From Octopus vulgaris (taxonomy: Eukaryota), in contig OX597814.1 in assembly GCA_951406725.2 (NCBI GenBank), forward strand, positions 109,492,001 to 109,556,000: a stretch of 64,000 nucleotides of DNA. The letters are read 5' to 3'. The position numbers were made by a program, and so were the translations under genes. The notes below the pieces were generated by a model. That model was not told the DNA's origin, searched no databases, and worked only from the letters and a program-made list of their open reading frames with translations. The number at the start of each line of letters is the position of its first letter. The stretch's first letter is position 1. Shown piece after piece: positions 13,520-26,846 of the stretch.

Positions 13520-16500
13520 AAATCGTTGGTTTAGGTGTGGTTGTTGTTGAGAACCTTTACTGCTTGGTTCGTAGTTCAGTCCCAGTTTGTAACACCTTGG
13601 GCAAGTGTCCTACTATAGTCTTGGGCTGACCAAAACCTTGAGTGGATTTGGTAAATGGAAACTGAAGGAAGCCTCTTTGTGTGTGTGTGTTTGTCTCCTT
13701 GTCTTGATATCACATAATAGTTGTAAACGAGCATCACTCTTTCATTTTCAGACTTCCCATGGAAAGATGTCTATACATCATCATCGTTTAACGTCCATTT
13801 TCCGTGCTAGCACGGGTTGGACGGTTCGACTGGGGTCTGGAAAGCCAGGAGGCTCCATTAGGGTCCAGTCTGATCTGGCAATGTTTCTACAGCTGGATGC
13901 CCTTCCTAATGCTTTTTACGTACCACCGGCACAGGTGCCAGGGGAGGCTGGCAGCGGCCACGATCGGTTGGTGCTTTTTACATGCCACTGGCACAGAAGA
14001 CAGTCAAGGCTGTGCTGGCATGGGGGGAAATATTATTTTCAAGCCAAATAAGTGAGAGTTGGTGACAGGAAGTGTGTCTGACTGTAGAAAATCTGCCTCA
14101 ACAAATTCTTTCATCCCTTGTCTGCATCAGAAGATCAAACTTGCTTTCTGCTAGAGGCTATATTTTTGAGTGATTAATTCCAAAGTTCTTGAAATCACCT
14201 GCCCCTTATCTTTGAGAGTCACAAAACGTTGGTTGTTGGATTTTTGTTTTCTTCCTCTGGATATAAAGGAAAATTCAATTAACAACATTTTAGGCTCAGT
14301 GGTTAGAGCGTCGAGCTTACGATCGTGAGGTTGTGAGTTCGAATCCCGGACCGGGCTGCGTGTTGTGTTCTTGAGCAAAGCACTTTATTTCATGTTGCTC
14401 CAGCTCACTCAGCTGTAGAAATGAGTTGCGACGTCACTGGTGCCAAGCTGTATCGACCTTTGTCTTTCCCTTGGATAACACTGGTGGCGTGGAGAGGGGA
14501 GGCCGGTATGCATGGGCGACTGCTGGTCTTCCATAAAAACAACCTTGCCCAGACTTGTGCCTCAGAGGGTAACTCTCTAGGTGCAAACCCATGGTCACAC
14601 ATGACCGAAGGGGGTCTTTACCCTTACAGGTGGAATTCACCAGAAGGGAAGGCATGTATCTTCACACTTTAACATTTAACCCTTTCAGCCCATAACACCT
14701 GTTTACCAGTAGATGGCTTATTTTTCTCTATACCGTAGCACTGTTCTACCGGTGGGGTGCATCAGGAAGCCAGGTATATGGTCAAATAAGGTTCAGGAGG
14801 TCAGGACTCAAAGGGTTAAACCAGCCATACCCAGCCCTGATCTTCTACCTGTTTTATATACAAACTGGCCAGATCTTATGTCTCTCACCTGCCTTACAAT
14901 GTCATTCAAAAAAGTGTATTATCACATCCATTGAAATCTTGAAATTACAAGATAATACGACAGAGCGGCTAACCGGCTTCCATGCCAGTGGCACATAAAA
15001 GGGCACCATTCGAGTGTGATCGTTGCCAGCGTCGCCTTACTGGCACTTGTGCCCGTGCTAGTAGGGTTCCAAGAGCACCATCCGAGCGTGATTGTTGCCA
15101 GAGCAGCCAACTGCTTCCGTGCTGGTGGCACGTAAAAGGGCACCATTCAAGCATGATCGTTACCAACGTTGCCTTACTGGCACCTGTGCCGGTAGCATGT
15201 GTAAAAAGATTCGAGCGAGGTCATTGCTAGTACCATCTGACTGGCCCCTGTCCCAGTGGCACATAAAAAGCACCCACTACACTCTTGGAGTGGTTGGCAT
15301 TAGGAAGGGCATCCAGCTATAGAAACTCTGCCAGATCAAGATTGGAGCCTGGTGCAGCTGTCTGGTTCACCAGCCCTCAGTCAAAATCGTCAAACCCATG
15401 CTAGCATGGAAAGCAGACGTTAAACAATAATGATGACGATGAATTCAAAACACTGAATAAATAAGCAATGCACATGAGACCATTCAGCATGCTGAAAGGT
15501 TAAGAGTTAGTGTTGGGTTCACAACCAGAAGTTCAGGGATTTTGATTTCTGGACTAGGCAACACATTGTCTTCAAGCAAGGCTCATTTCACATTGTTTCA
15601 ATCTTATCAACTGAGAATGGGTCCCAGTCAAATGCTGGTGCAGCGCTCAATCCTTCCAGGTGTCACATCCCTGATTTTAAACCTGATCAGGGATGGAAGA
15701 GTTCAAAATGGTGTCTGTATCTTCTCGCCCCTGCATTGACAAGATCCCCTTCAGTCAGGAATGGCCGTGCGATTGCACCTAGAAAGTTCCCCTCCAAAGC
15801 ACAAGTCCGAGCAAGGTTGTTTGTGGAAGACCAGCAGTCGCCCATGCTTACCAGCCTCCCATCTCTGCACCACCAATGTTATCCAAGGGAAAGGCAAAAA
15901 GGCCAATGCAGTCGCCCATGCTTACCAGCCTCCCATCTTCGCACCACCGATGTTATCCGAGGGAAAGGCAAGGGGGCCAATGCAGTCACCCATGCTTACC
16001 AGCCTCCCATCTCTGCACCACTGATGTTATCCAAGGGAAAGGCAAAGGGGCCAATGCAGTCGCCCATGCTACCAGCCTCCCATCTCCACGCCACCGATGT
16101 TATCCAAGGGAAAGGTAAAGGGGCCAATATGGCTTGGCACCAGTGACCTCACAACTCATTTCTACATTTGAGTGATCTGGAGCAATGTGAAATAAAGTGT
16201 CTTGCTCAAGAACACAACACACAACCCGGTCTGGGAATTGAACTCACTACCTCATGATTGTGAGCCTGACACTCTAACCACTGTGCCATGTGTCTTTACA
16301 TCACTACTACATTAGCAAAAAGCATAGTACATGTTACCTATTTCTTTACTACCCACAAGGGGCTAAACACATAGGACACAAACAAGGACAGACAAACGGA
16401 TTAAGTCGATTACATCAACCCCAGTGCGTAACTGGTACTTATTTAATCGACCCCGAAAGGACGAAAGGCAAAGTCAACCTCGGTGGAATTTGAACTCAGA

Positions 16501-16822
16501 ACGTAGCGACAGACGAAATACCGCTAAGCATTTTGTCCGGTGTGCTAACGTTTTTGCCAGCTCACCGCCTTTTAGTACATGTTACCATTCACTTAGTGAT
16601 CCTTGCCATCCCCACACCATTCTGTCACCACTCCTTAAGTTATATATTTTATCTGTGTAATTTTATAACTTAGCAACATTCTCTACCTGGTCGTTATACT
16701 TTGAAGATATTTCTGTGACCCAATTTATTTTTTCTTGGTGTTTTTTTTCTTCTTTTTTTACCTTTATCTCATTTGTTAATATTTATTGTAATTTTATTAT
16801 TGTAATTTTTCCACTTTTCCAG

Positions 16823-16919
16823 CTTTATTCGAAATTTGGCATGGGAAACCCACCTAGTGAACTTGGTAGAGGTAGAGATTGGAATGTGGATCTCATCCCT
16901 AAATTCCTCATGGCTAATG
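16823..16919 (+). CDS. GDI: Rab GDI exon 3 ([33 protein letters not shown])
   Basis: ttttccag acceptor and gtatga donor. Contains the [22 protein letters not shown] signature. Confidence 0.97.
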
Positions 16920-17258
16920 GTATGAAGACTTTTTTATTTCTATTTATACATTTTTAACTATATATTTCTATTTTGTTTAGACTGTGGCCATGCTGGGGCA
17001 CCACCTTGAAGAATTTTAGTTGAACGAATTGATTCCAGTACTCCTTTTTTAAAAGCCTTGTACTTTTCCTATCGGTCTCTTTTGCCGAGCCACCAAGTTA
17101 CGGGGATGTAACTAAACCAACACCAGTTGTCAAATGGTGGTAGGGGACAGATAAAAAGACATACATATACAGTCTTCTTTCAGTTTCTATCTACCAAATC
17201 CATTCAGTCGACCCAAGGACACTTGCTTAAGGTGCCACACTTTTTTATATATTATTAT

Positions 17259-17842
17259 TCATCATCGTTTAAGACTTTGGTTTTAGCTAGGTTGACTCTA
17301 AGGCCCTTCAATTCTAATCCTTGTTTCCACACCTGAAACTTCACTTCTAGTTCTGATAGTGACTCAGCAATTAGAGCAAGGTCGTCAGCATAGAGGAGCT
17401 CCCAGGGGCATCCAGTCTTGAATTCCTCTGTTATTGCCTGGAGAACTATGATAAATAGGAGGGGGCTGAGGACTGAGCCTTGGACCTCTACTTCTTCACT
17501 TTACTCATTGCCAACCCTCACCTTACTGACAGCGTCCCTGTACATGGCTTGCACAGCTCTCACTAACCATTCATCTATCCCTAGTTTCCTCATTGACCAC
17601 CAGATAAGGGATCAGGGGACCCTGTCAAAGGCTTTCTCCATGTCAATGAAAGCCAGGTACGGAGGTTTATCTTTGACTTGGTATTTCTCCTGCAGCTGTC
17701 TTACCAGAAATATAGCATCAGTGGTGCTTGTCCTTGGCACGAACCCAAACTGCATCTCATCTAAACTGACTCTCTCCCTAATTAGTTGGGCTATGACCCT
17801 CTCCGTGACCTTCATTACCTGATCCAACAACTCGATACCTCT
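17259..17842 (-). mobile_element. RTE RT-domain fragment with internal deletions
   Basis: LLDQVMKVTERVIAQLIRERVSLDEMQFGFVP...DMEKAFDRVP and the YADD region, homologous to 47070-47650. Confidence 0.9.
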
Positions 17843-19109
17843 GCCTGACTGGCCCCCATGCCGGTGGCATGTGAAAAGCACCCACTACACTCTCGGAGTG
17901 GTTGGCATTAGGAAGGGCATCCAGCTGTAGAAACTCTGCCAGATCAAGATTGGAGCCTGGTGCAGCCATCTGGTTCGCCAGCCCTCAGTCAAAATTGTCC
18001 AACTCATGCTAGCATGGAAAGCGGACGTTAAACGATGATGATGATGTAGAAGATACTTCTTTCAAAATACTTAGTTTATTCATCACACATTAACTTGTGT
18101 CAGTTAAAACTACTTAATGGTGAAATAGGTATTGAATTTAGTATCATCATCATCGTTTAACATCCGCTTTCCATGCTAGCATGGGTTGGACGATTTGACT
18201 GAGGGCTGGCGAACCAGATGGCTGCACTAGGCTCCAGTCTTGATCTGGCAGAGTTTCTACAGCTGGATGCCCTTCCTAACGCCAACCACTCTAAGAGTGT
18301 AGTGGGTGCTTTTACGTGCCACTGGCACAGGGGCCAGACAGGTAGTACTGGCAACGGTCACGCTCAGATGGTGTCTTTTACGTGCCACCTGCACGGAGGC
18401 CAGATAGTCACTCTGGCAACGATCATGCTCAATCCCAGCAATCTAGAACAAACCAGTTTATATTGCTTTGTAAACAAAAAGTGGGGGAGCATATTTATTT
18501 TAGTTTTTGAAAGTTTGTGACTTGCTACATGACCAATAGTCACCATAGCAACATAGTTGCTAAGCTAAATTTTCTATTTTTATATTTTACGTATTGTTGA
18601 CTCAAATGAAAAATATCATTGCCTATAAATATTTTTGTCTGTCCCTTTCTACACTTCATTTCCTGGCACCTATCCACTTCCCCTTGGAGTTTGGAGTCTT
18701 GCAAGCTGCATGACATCCTCACTATTGCTGGTGGCACAAAAATGGCATCTGCTACACTCTGTAAAATGGTTGTCGTTAGGAAGGGCATCCAGCTCTAGCA
18801 ACCTTATCAAAGCAGACCTTGAGCCTGTGAGATCTTATCAATCTCTCCAGTCCATTCTAGCTGGGAAAATGAATGTTAAATGATGTTTTAAAACTCCTCA
18901 TAAATTTTAGAAACAAAATTTTGAAATTGCAGGGGTTTTTTGTTTTTGTTTTTTCCCATTAAATATTTTATTTTCAGTTTCATTAAAAAAAAACGAAAAG
19001 AAAAGAACTGTTTCAGAGTTGTACTTGTTTGTCTGACATGTGACATTGATCTGAGACTGTTGAAACTGAACCAAATACATTGAGAAAAGAGTCTTTTAAT
19101 AATATACAA

Positions 19110-20128
19110 ACCAAAATCTTAGTGAGGAGGAAGGCAGACAAATCGCAAATCCCTGTTCGATCTGTATAAAAGAGGTAGGTAGAAACTCTGTGCCTGTGTA
19201 AGCTATGGACACATAAGAGGTACAGCAATATCAAAGAAAGATTAACTGGGAAAGTAGTTTCAGTGTGTGGCAGATGCACAGGTACAATAAACGCCAAAGA
19301 TGTACAGAAAATAGATTCCATCACATGTGAGATGGAAAAACTAGTAGTTGATAGCTTTCGTTACTTTGGTGACCAAGTCAGTTGCGGGGGTGAATGCTCT
19401 GAAAGTGTAGCTGCTGGAATAAGAATAGCCTGGGCAAAGCTCAGAGAGTTCCTACCTCTGCTGGCAGCTAAGGGCCTCTCACTCAGAGTGAAAGGTAGAC
19501 TGTATGATGCTTGTGTGCGAACAGCCATGTTACATGCCAAAGAAACATGGGCTGTGACTGTTGAGACATGCGTAAGCTTGCAAGAAATGAAGGCGTTATG
19601 ACTGCTGGATGTGTAATGTGCATACATGATAAAGTGTAAGTGCCCTGAGAGAAAAGTTGGGCATGAGAAGCATCAGATGTGGTGTGCAAGAGAGATGATT
19701 GTGCTTGTATGGTCATGTGTTAGGTATGGATGAGGACAGCTGTGGGAGGAAGTGCCACACCCGAACCAGTGGAAGAGGTAAACCCAGGAAGACATGGGAT
19801 GAGGTGGTGAAGCACAACTTTCAAATGTTGGGCCTCACAGAGGCAATGACAGGAGATTGAGACCTTTGGAGATATGCTGTGCTTGAGAAGACCTGGCAAG
19901 CTAAGTGAAATCATAGTTGTGGCCGATGCCAGTGTCGCATAATTGACCCCTTTATAAACACCCTTCAATTGTCAGTGCTTGTGAAGACTTGTTGAACCGA
20001 GTGAAATCGCAGTTGTGGCTGATGCCAGTGCCACCTGACTGGCGCCTGTGCCAGTGGCACATAAAATGCACCCACTACACTCTAGAAGTGGTTGGTGTGA
20101 GGAAAGGCATCCAGCTGCAGAAACCTTG
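19110..20128 (+). mobile_element. Older degraded RTE LINE 3' portion
   Basis: CGRCTG...DSFRYFGDQV...RVKGRLYDACVRTAMLH is homologous to 47650-48300. Confidence 0.88.
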
Positions 20129-21644
20129 CCTGTAAATTTATTTCATGAAGTGTCAACAAATTTTTGTGGGAACCAGGTCAAAGTCAATGTAACAATTTTG
20201 ACACCTTGTTTATTTAAATTTAATTTAAGAGGTTTGTGTGTTATTAAATAACTCTTCCAATCATCATCATCATCATTTAATGTCTACTTTCCATGCTAGC
20301 ATGGGTTGGACGATTTGTCTGAGGACTGGCGAACCAGATGGCTGCGCCAGGCTCCAATCTGATCTGGCAGAGTTTCTACAGCTTGATGCCCTTCCTAACA
20401 CAAACCATTCCGAGATTGTAGTGGATGCTTTTACGTACCACCAGCACGAGGGCCAGTCTGGCGGCACTGGCAAAGGCCATGATTACTTGTTATTCATTAT
20501 ATGATTGTACTTGTCAACTAAAGTTGCATTTGAATGACACCCAGTGTTAAGTGTAAGCATATGGTGGAGCAAGATTCAAAAGAAAGGCTTACCAGTAATG
20601 GATTTAAAATGCTGGGTTTTTACTACAAGGTTTGGAGTTTTAGTCTGCCAACTAATTGTAAATCATCTTGTGCACAGTCATCATCGTTTAACGTCTGCCT
20701 TCCATGCTAGCATTGGTTGGACGATTTTGACTGAGGGCTGGTGATCCAGATGGCTGCACCAGACTCCAATCTTGATCTGATAGAGTTTCTACAGCTGGAT
20801 GTCCTTCCTAACGCCAACCACTCTGAGAGTGTAGTGGGTGCTTTTTACGTGCCACCGGCACGGGGCCAGTCGGGCAGTACTGGCAATGACCTCGCTCGAA
20901 TCTTTTTACACATGCCACTGGCACAGGTGCCAGTGCCAGTAAGGCAACGTTGGTAACGTCTAATGATGAAATACAATATTGTTCAGAATATTCATGTTCA
21001 TTTCCGCTGAAACGTTAAGAATGGAAATGTTTGCTAATAGTATCCCCATAATACATTTTCATAGTAGGCGGTTGTCACTCTTATTTCAATTTTAAAAATA
21101 AGATGGGCATTTATCTAAATTTACAAAATGCAAAACCTCATCTTTTTAACATCCATTTTTCCATGTTTGCATGTGTCAGATGAGACGGGTTTTCTACAGC
21201 TGGATCCCTTCTTGTCTCTAACCCTCATCTGTTTCCAAGCAAGGCAATGTTTCCCTTTGGCAAAACATGTTCTTCATGGAAGACTGGAAGCAAACATCAT
21301 TTGTATGACAGTGATACTCATTTACAGGAACACACACACAATGATGGACTTCTTTTAGTTTCTGGCTGCTGCATTTGCTCACAAAGCTTTGACCACCCTG
21401 GGGCTGTAGTAGAAGACACTTGCCCAAGGTGCCAAGCAGTGAGACTGAACCCAGAACCATCTGGTTGGAAAGCAAGCTTCTCAACTACACAGTTATGTCT
21501 TTATTTCTGCACAGCCACAACTGTACAGAAAATTCGACAGTTATATGACAAAGCACTTTTGATTGTAGTTTTATAAATGTTTGCTTTTTTTAAAGGTAGG
21601 TTTCCCAATATTTAATTAAATATTCTTTCTAATTTTTCCTTTAG

Positions 21645-21779
21645 GTCAGTTGGTGAAGATTTTAATAAAAACTGGTGTTACTAGATATTTAGAGTTCAAA
21701 TCAGTTGAAGGTAGCTTTGTATATAGAGGTGGAAAGGTATATAAAGTGCCGGCTTCAGAAAGGGAAGCTTTAAGTTCAA
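21645..21779 (+). CDS. GDI: Rab GDI exon 4 ([44 protein letters not shown])
   Basis: cctttag acceptor, gtgagt donor, 135 nt. Frame is continuous with exons 3 and 5. Confidence 0.97.
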
Positions 21780-22173
21780 GTGAGTATTCAGACTTTCTCT
21801 TGTAAATTGTCTTTCAGAAACATTTCTGTTGTAATTGTGCTAATCTGTTCAATATTTGCATTTTAGAAAAACTCAAGTGGGTTCTACAGCTCTATATTTG
21901 AGAGATGAGGAATTATGTGCATTATTTACATTTGACGGATATTAGTGAGAATTTACAAAAAAAAAACAAAAGACGAAGACAGGTGTGTAAACAACAAACA
22001 GATGTATTAGTTTAACACTCGGGAATTCAGAAAGTCTTTTACATTTCGAGCTTACGCTCTTCAACAGAAAAGGAACACAGAAATAAACTGGGAGAGAAAA
22101 TAGAAAAAGTTTAGTGGCTAGCGATCTATCATGGCGAAAGCCATTAGATTTATAAGCTCTAAAATTCACTCTA

Positions 22174-22350
22174 TGGCGTAGTGGTTAAGAGTGCAGGCTA
22201 CTAACCCCAAGGTTCTGAGTTCGATTCCAGGCAGTGACCTGAACAATAATAATAATATCAGAAAAATACCTTAGGAATGAGAACCCAGGTTCAAAATTTC
22301 CCCAGGATACCTGATGAATGCTGGAGGGTATATCAACCAAAATATGTTAA
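22174..22350 (+). mobile_element. tRNA-headed SINE-like element with a degenerate hammerhead-like tail
   Basis: A box TGGCGTAGTGG, B box GAGTTCGATTCC, (AAT)n linker, and CTGATGA at 22311. Confidence 0.6.
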
Positions 22351-23101
22351 TATCTGTCAGATATTAATGTCCTTAGGTAGGTTATTGACTAATTCTGATT
22401 TGTTTAATTACTTATTTGATATTGTATCAGGAGACAAAGAACAAAACCTTAAAATCACTCAATACCTGTTGCATTGTATGGATATGAAAGTAGGACTCTA
22501 AGAGCAAATGGCACAATGAAACAAATGAGTCAGGTCTCATGGAAAGAGAACTCTTGGCAAATATCAAGAAGCAGAAGCTGCTATATTGTGGGGCATGGCA
22601 TCAGGAGGTTGGGTCAATGGGCTGGAATCATTTGGGGAGTGATGGTGTATGTGTTCATGGTCTCTGATCCTCAGCAACGAGGATAGGATTCCCCTCATCA
22701 TCATCATCGTTTAACATCCGCTTTCCATGCTAGCATGGGTTGGACGGTTTGACTGGGGTCTGGGAAGCCAGGAGGCTGCACCATCTGGCAGTGTTCCTAA
22801 CGCCAACCACTCAGTGAGTGTAGTGGGTGCTTTTTACGTGCCAGGCGAGGCTGGCAACGGCCATGATCAGTTGGTGCTCCTATCTGATACATATTTTCTG
22901 CTGCTTCCAATCATCCAAGCTGGTCTCTTTGCTGTTATGACTCTGTGTACCACTATGTCACCTTCCATCTGGTTGGAGCTTTGCACCAGTCATACGCTTG
23001 GTCGAATGCTTCAAATAGTATTTCTCTAAATTTCTGGATGTTATATTGGTGTGTGTGTATATCATATATATAAATAAATGTATTTGTTTCTTTTTTTCCA
23101 G

Positions 23102-23300
23102 CTCTGTTAGGATTGTTTGAAAAACGTCGCTTCCGTAAGTTTTTACAGTTTGTGCAGGATTTTGATGAAGATGATCCCTCAACCTGGTGCTATATAAACC
23201 CTGAATCGACAACATCAGAGGAATTATATAAGTTTTATAAATTGGACGGCAGCACTATAGACTTTACTGGACATGCTTTATCTCTCTATTTAAATGATAC
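23102..23300 (+). CDS. GDI: Rab GDI exon 5 (LLGLFEKRRFRKFLQFV...IDFTGHALSLYLND)
   Basis: tttccag acceptor, gtaagt donor, 199 nt. FEKRRFRKFL and DFTGHAL motifs. Confidence 0.97.
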
Positions 23301-24004
23301 GTAAGTAGAAATTTATTTGTAAAACTTGCACCCTTTGAATTTTTATAATTTCTCTGGATATAACTTTCATCATGAAGGATTTTTTAATTTTTTAATTACT
23401 GCATTTGATGGCATAAAAGATTAAAGGGCATATTAGATGCACTCCAATTTCAACAGTACATATGCAGGGAAAATTGTTTTAGTGTATTAACCCTGGCAGA
23501 CCTGGGAAACTGCATCTGATTTTCACCCTCCACCTAGGTTCATCATCATGGTTTAACGTCCAGTTTCCACGCTGACATGGGTTTGACAGAGGACTGGTAA
23601 GCCAGAAGGCTGCACCAGGCTCCACTCCAATCTGGCAGAGTTTCTACAGCCAGATGCCCTTCCTAACACCAACCACTCCGAAAGTGTAGTGGGTGCTTTT
23701 GACATTCCTGAGCAAAAAAATGAAATAGTTGCATTCACAGCCCAAGAGTAACAATTACAAGCAAACTAATGGACAGAATCACAAAAAAATATTCATGAGA
23801 ATAACAACAATAGGCCTATCTCTTCAACTACTGTATTCATTCACCCTCCTATCTCTCACCAGTTTCCTTGTCCACATCACTCTCATGTTCTGCTATTTAT
23901 TCAAAGAATATATATCACCACTAATATTCTCGCCTGTAAAAAGTCTAGGCCTTGCTCATTTGGCAAAGCGCTGGGTTCATCACAGGATCTTTTTTTTTTT
24001 CCAA

Positions 24005-24385
24005 TTAACCCTTTCATTACTGTATTTATTTTGAGATGTTCTGTGTTTCTTTCAATTAATTTGAAATATAACAAAGAATTTAGTTATCATTCAACTAGTA
24101 TTAAGAACATAAATTGTAACTAAAGTTTAGTGGAAGATTTTAATTCAAAACTTTAGAAAACAAGACATTTGTACTACAGAGGCAGTTTCAGGTGGGTTGG
24201 TATCAAAAGAGTTAAGAATTGTTGTTCTATTATATATTCTAACCCTTTTGTTACCATATTTCTGTTAGGAACATAAATTGTGACTAAGGTTTGCTGGAAG
24301 ATTTTAATTCAAAATTTATGAAAACAAGACATTTGTACTACAGAGCCAGAGTTGGTTTCAGCTGGGTTGGTAACGAAAGGGTTAA
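24005..24385. mobile_element. Two tandem piggyBac-like MITEs (third copy at ~40654-40873; related TTAA-CCCTTT elements at 14677-14819 and 31642-31869)
   Basis: TTAA flanks, termini ccctttcattac / gtaacgaaaggg, and shared internal sequence (ttaggaacataaattgtgactaaggttt...aaacaagacatttgtactacaga). Confidence 0.7.
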
Positions 24386-26714
24386 AAACAGAAGCAAGCA
24401 GCTATGGGGAGCACCATTAACAATGAGTCATGGATACACTTGACTGAACAGAGTGGCAACATGATTGGTTATCTGTTTCTTAGTATTTTATCTTTTTTAT
24501 CTATGCGAGTTCTTCATTACCACTGTAATGGGAATCCTGTAGAGAAAGTATCAAGGCGATTCCTGCAATGGCACGAACAGGGTTAAGGAACTTTTGCGTA
24601 TAGAATCTGAGGTGGGATGGGTTAGTAGGGCGCATCTTATGTGCCATCAAATGCAGCAGCCTAAAATATTTTAGTTGAAATCTAAAAGAAGACATATTTG
24701 CTTCTTCTCAAAGACATTTCAAGTTTTTTGCTGTCTGTAAAGAAAGAATTGTGTGTTGTTTAATGTCTGCCATTCCACGTTGGCCATGCCTACACAGGGA
24801 GGTATATAACTTCAAGAGTTTTATGGCTGGAGGAGGCTTTTCTTGTCAGCAACCCTTTTCTCCTGCAGAGTAAATTTAATTCCTTAGAAATTCAAAAATG
24901 CAGAGTTTGCAAATGATTGGTTGACCAGAAATGTCATTGTCACTGGTTTCATAAGCATTGATGCCACACAATTTTTCTTTTGTAGAGCACTGCAGATCAC
25001 ACACACAATGGGCTTCTTTCAGTTTCCACCTGCCCAATTCTCTCACAAAGCATTGTTAGCCTGACATTTCCCAAGACACTACTCAGTATGGCTGAAACGA
25101 GAGCAAATTTCTTAACTACACAGGCATACTCGCACCAAAATTCACACACACACACTCAGTCACATATAATCTACTTTTCCTTGCCTGCATGAGTCACATG
25201 GAGTTTATTGAGGCAGATTTTCTAGGGTCAGATACCCTTCCTGTTGCCAATTCTCACCTGTTTCCAAGCAAATATTTCCCCATGGCCTGGTATATTTTGA
25301 CAAAGTGGGTAACAAAGGTGACTGAGACCTTTAGAGATATGCTGTGCTTGAGAAGACCTGGCCAGCTAAGTGGAATCGTAGTCATGGCCGATGCCAGTGT
25401 CGCATAATAGACCCATTTAAAAACACCCTTCAATTGTCGGACAATGTGCCGTGCTTGTGAAGACCTGTTGAACCAAGTGAAATTGCAGTCGTGGCTGATG
25501 CGAGTGCCACCTGATTGGCACATGTGCCAACAGCACATGAAAAGCAAACATTTGAGCGTAGTCGACGCCAGTGCCACCTGCCTAGCAGTGATGCTTGTTT
25601 ACAACAATCACACAATGCCAGGACAACATATGCTTTTGCACACACACACACACAATGGGATCGTTTTCCATCTATCAAATCCACTCTCAAAAGCTTTGGT
25701 GGTTCTGGGGCTAAAATAAAAGACACTTGCCCAAGATGCCACACACTGGCATCTTGGGAACCATGTGGTTGGGAAGTAAACTTCTTAACAACTCAACCAC
25801 CTGGCTCAGTAGTTAGAGCGTTGGGCTTACAATCATAAGATAGTGAATTCAATTCCCAGACCGGGCTGTGTGTCATGATCTTGAACAAGACACTTTATTT
25901 CACGTTGCTCTAGTTCACTCAGCTGTAGAAATGAGTTGTGACGCCACTGGTGCCAAGCAGTATCAGCCCCTTTGCCTTTCCCTTGGAAAACATTGGTGGC
26001 GTGGAAAGGGGAGGCTGGTATGCATGGGCGACTGCTGGTCTTCCATAAAACAACCCTGCCTGGACTCATGACCAGTCTTTACTCTGTACCCTTTTTATAC
26101 ATAACTACATATATGTATGTCATCATTGATGTTTAACATCTGTTTTCCATGCTGGCATGGGTTGGATGGTTTGACTGAGGACTGGCAAGCTAGACGGCTG
26201 TACCAGGCTCTGATCTGGTAAGGTTTCTACAGCTGGATGTCCTTCCTAACACCAACCACTTCGAGAGTATAGTGGGTGAGGCAGTACTGGCATCAACCAC
26301 GCTCCTCCAACCTATGATGAAAAATAATTACCTCACAGAATTTGAAAATCTTTAAATTTATTTTTGAAAATGTTACCCTATCAAGGCTAGTCAACCCTTT
26401 AGTAGTTTCTAAACCAACCATGACTGGTCCAAATATTCTAACCGTTTTGTGATCAAATTGGCCAGATCTGGCCCCTCATACTCTCGTTTTTTTTTGTTTT
26501 TTTTGAAGGCATGGAGTTCTGTTTTGTTATCGAATTTGACAAGCTGAATGTGAAGGAGTTAAAAGCCAAAATCTTTACATGAATTAAGGCTAGATTTAAA
26601 TAAAACTCCTGTTTGCAATGGACAGTATCGTTTTGCTTTTAAATTTATCACATGCATCTTTTTTATGTATATATTTTAACTTCTTTCATTTTCTTTTTGC
26701 GTCTTTTAATTTAG

Positions 26715-26846
26715 TTACATGAATAAACCTGCTATTGACACCATAAAACGATGCAGACTTTACAGTGACTCTTTATCTCGTTTTGGAAGATCTCCTTATT
26801 TGTATCCATTATATGGTCTTGGAGAGTTACCACAGGGATTTGCTCG
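26715..26846 (+). CDS. GDI: Rab GDI exon 6 ([44 protein letters not shown])
   Basis: atttag acceptor, gtgtgt donor, 132 nt. [19 protein letters not shown] signature. Confidence 0.97.

Noticed and set aside
14292-14362. Functional tRNA genes at SINE heads (also 6430, 22174, 25802, 33330-33398)
   Set aside because: They lack a proper acceptor stem and run into shared SINE bodies.
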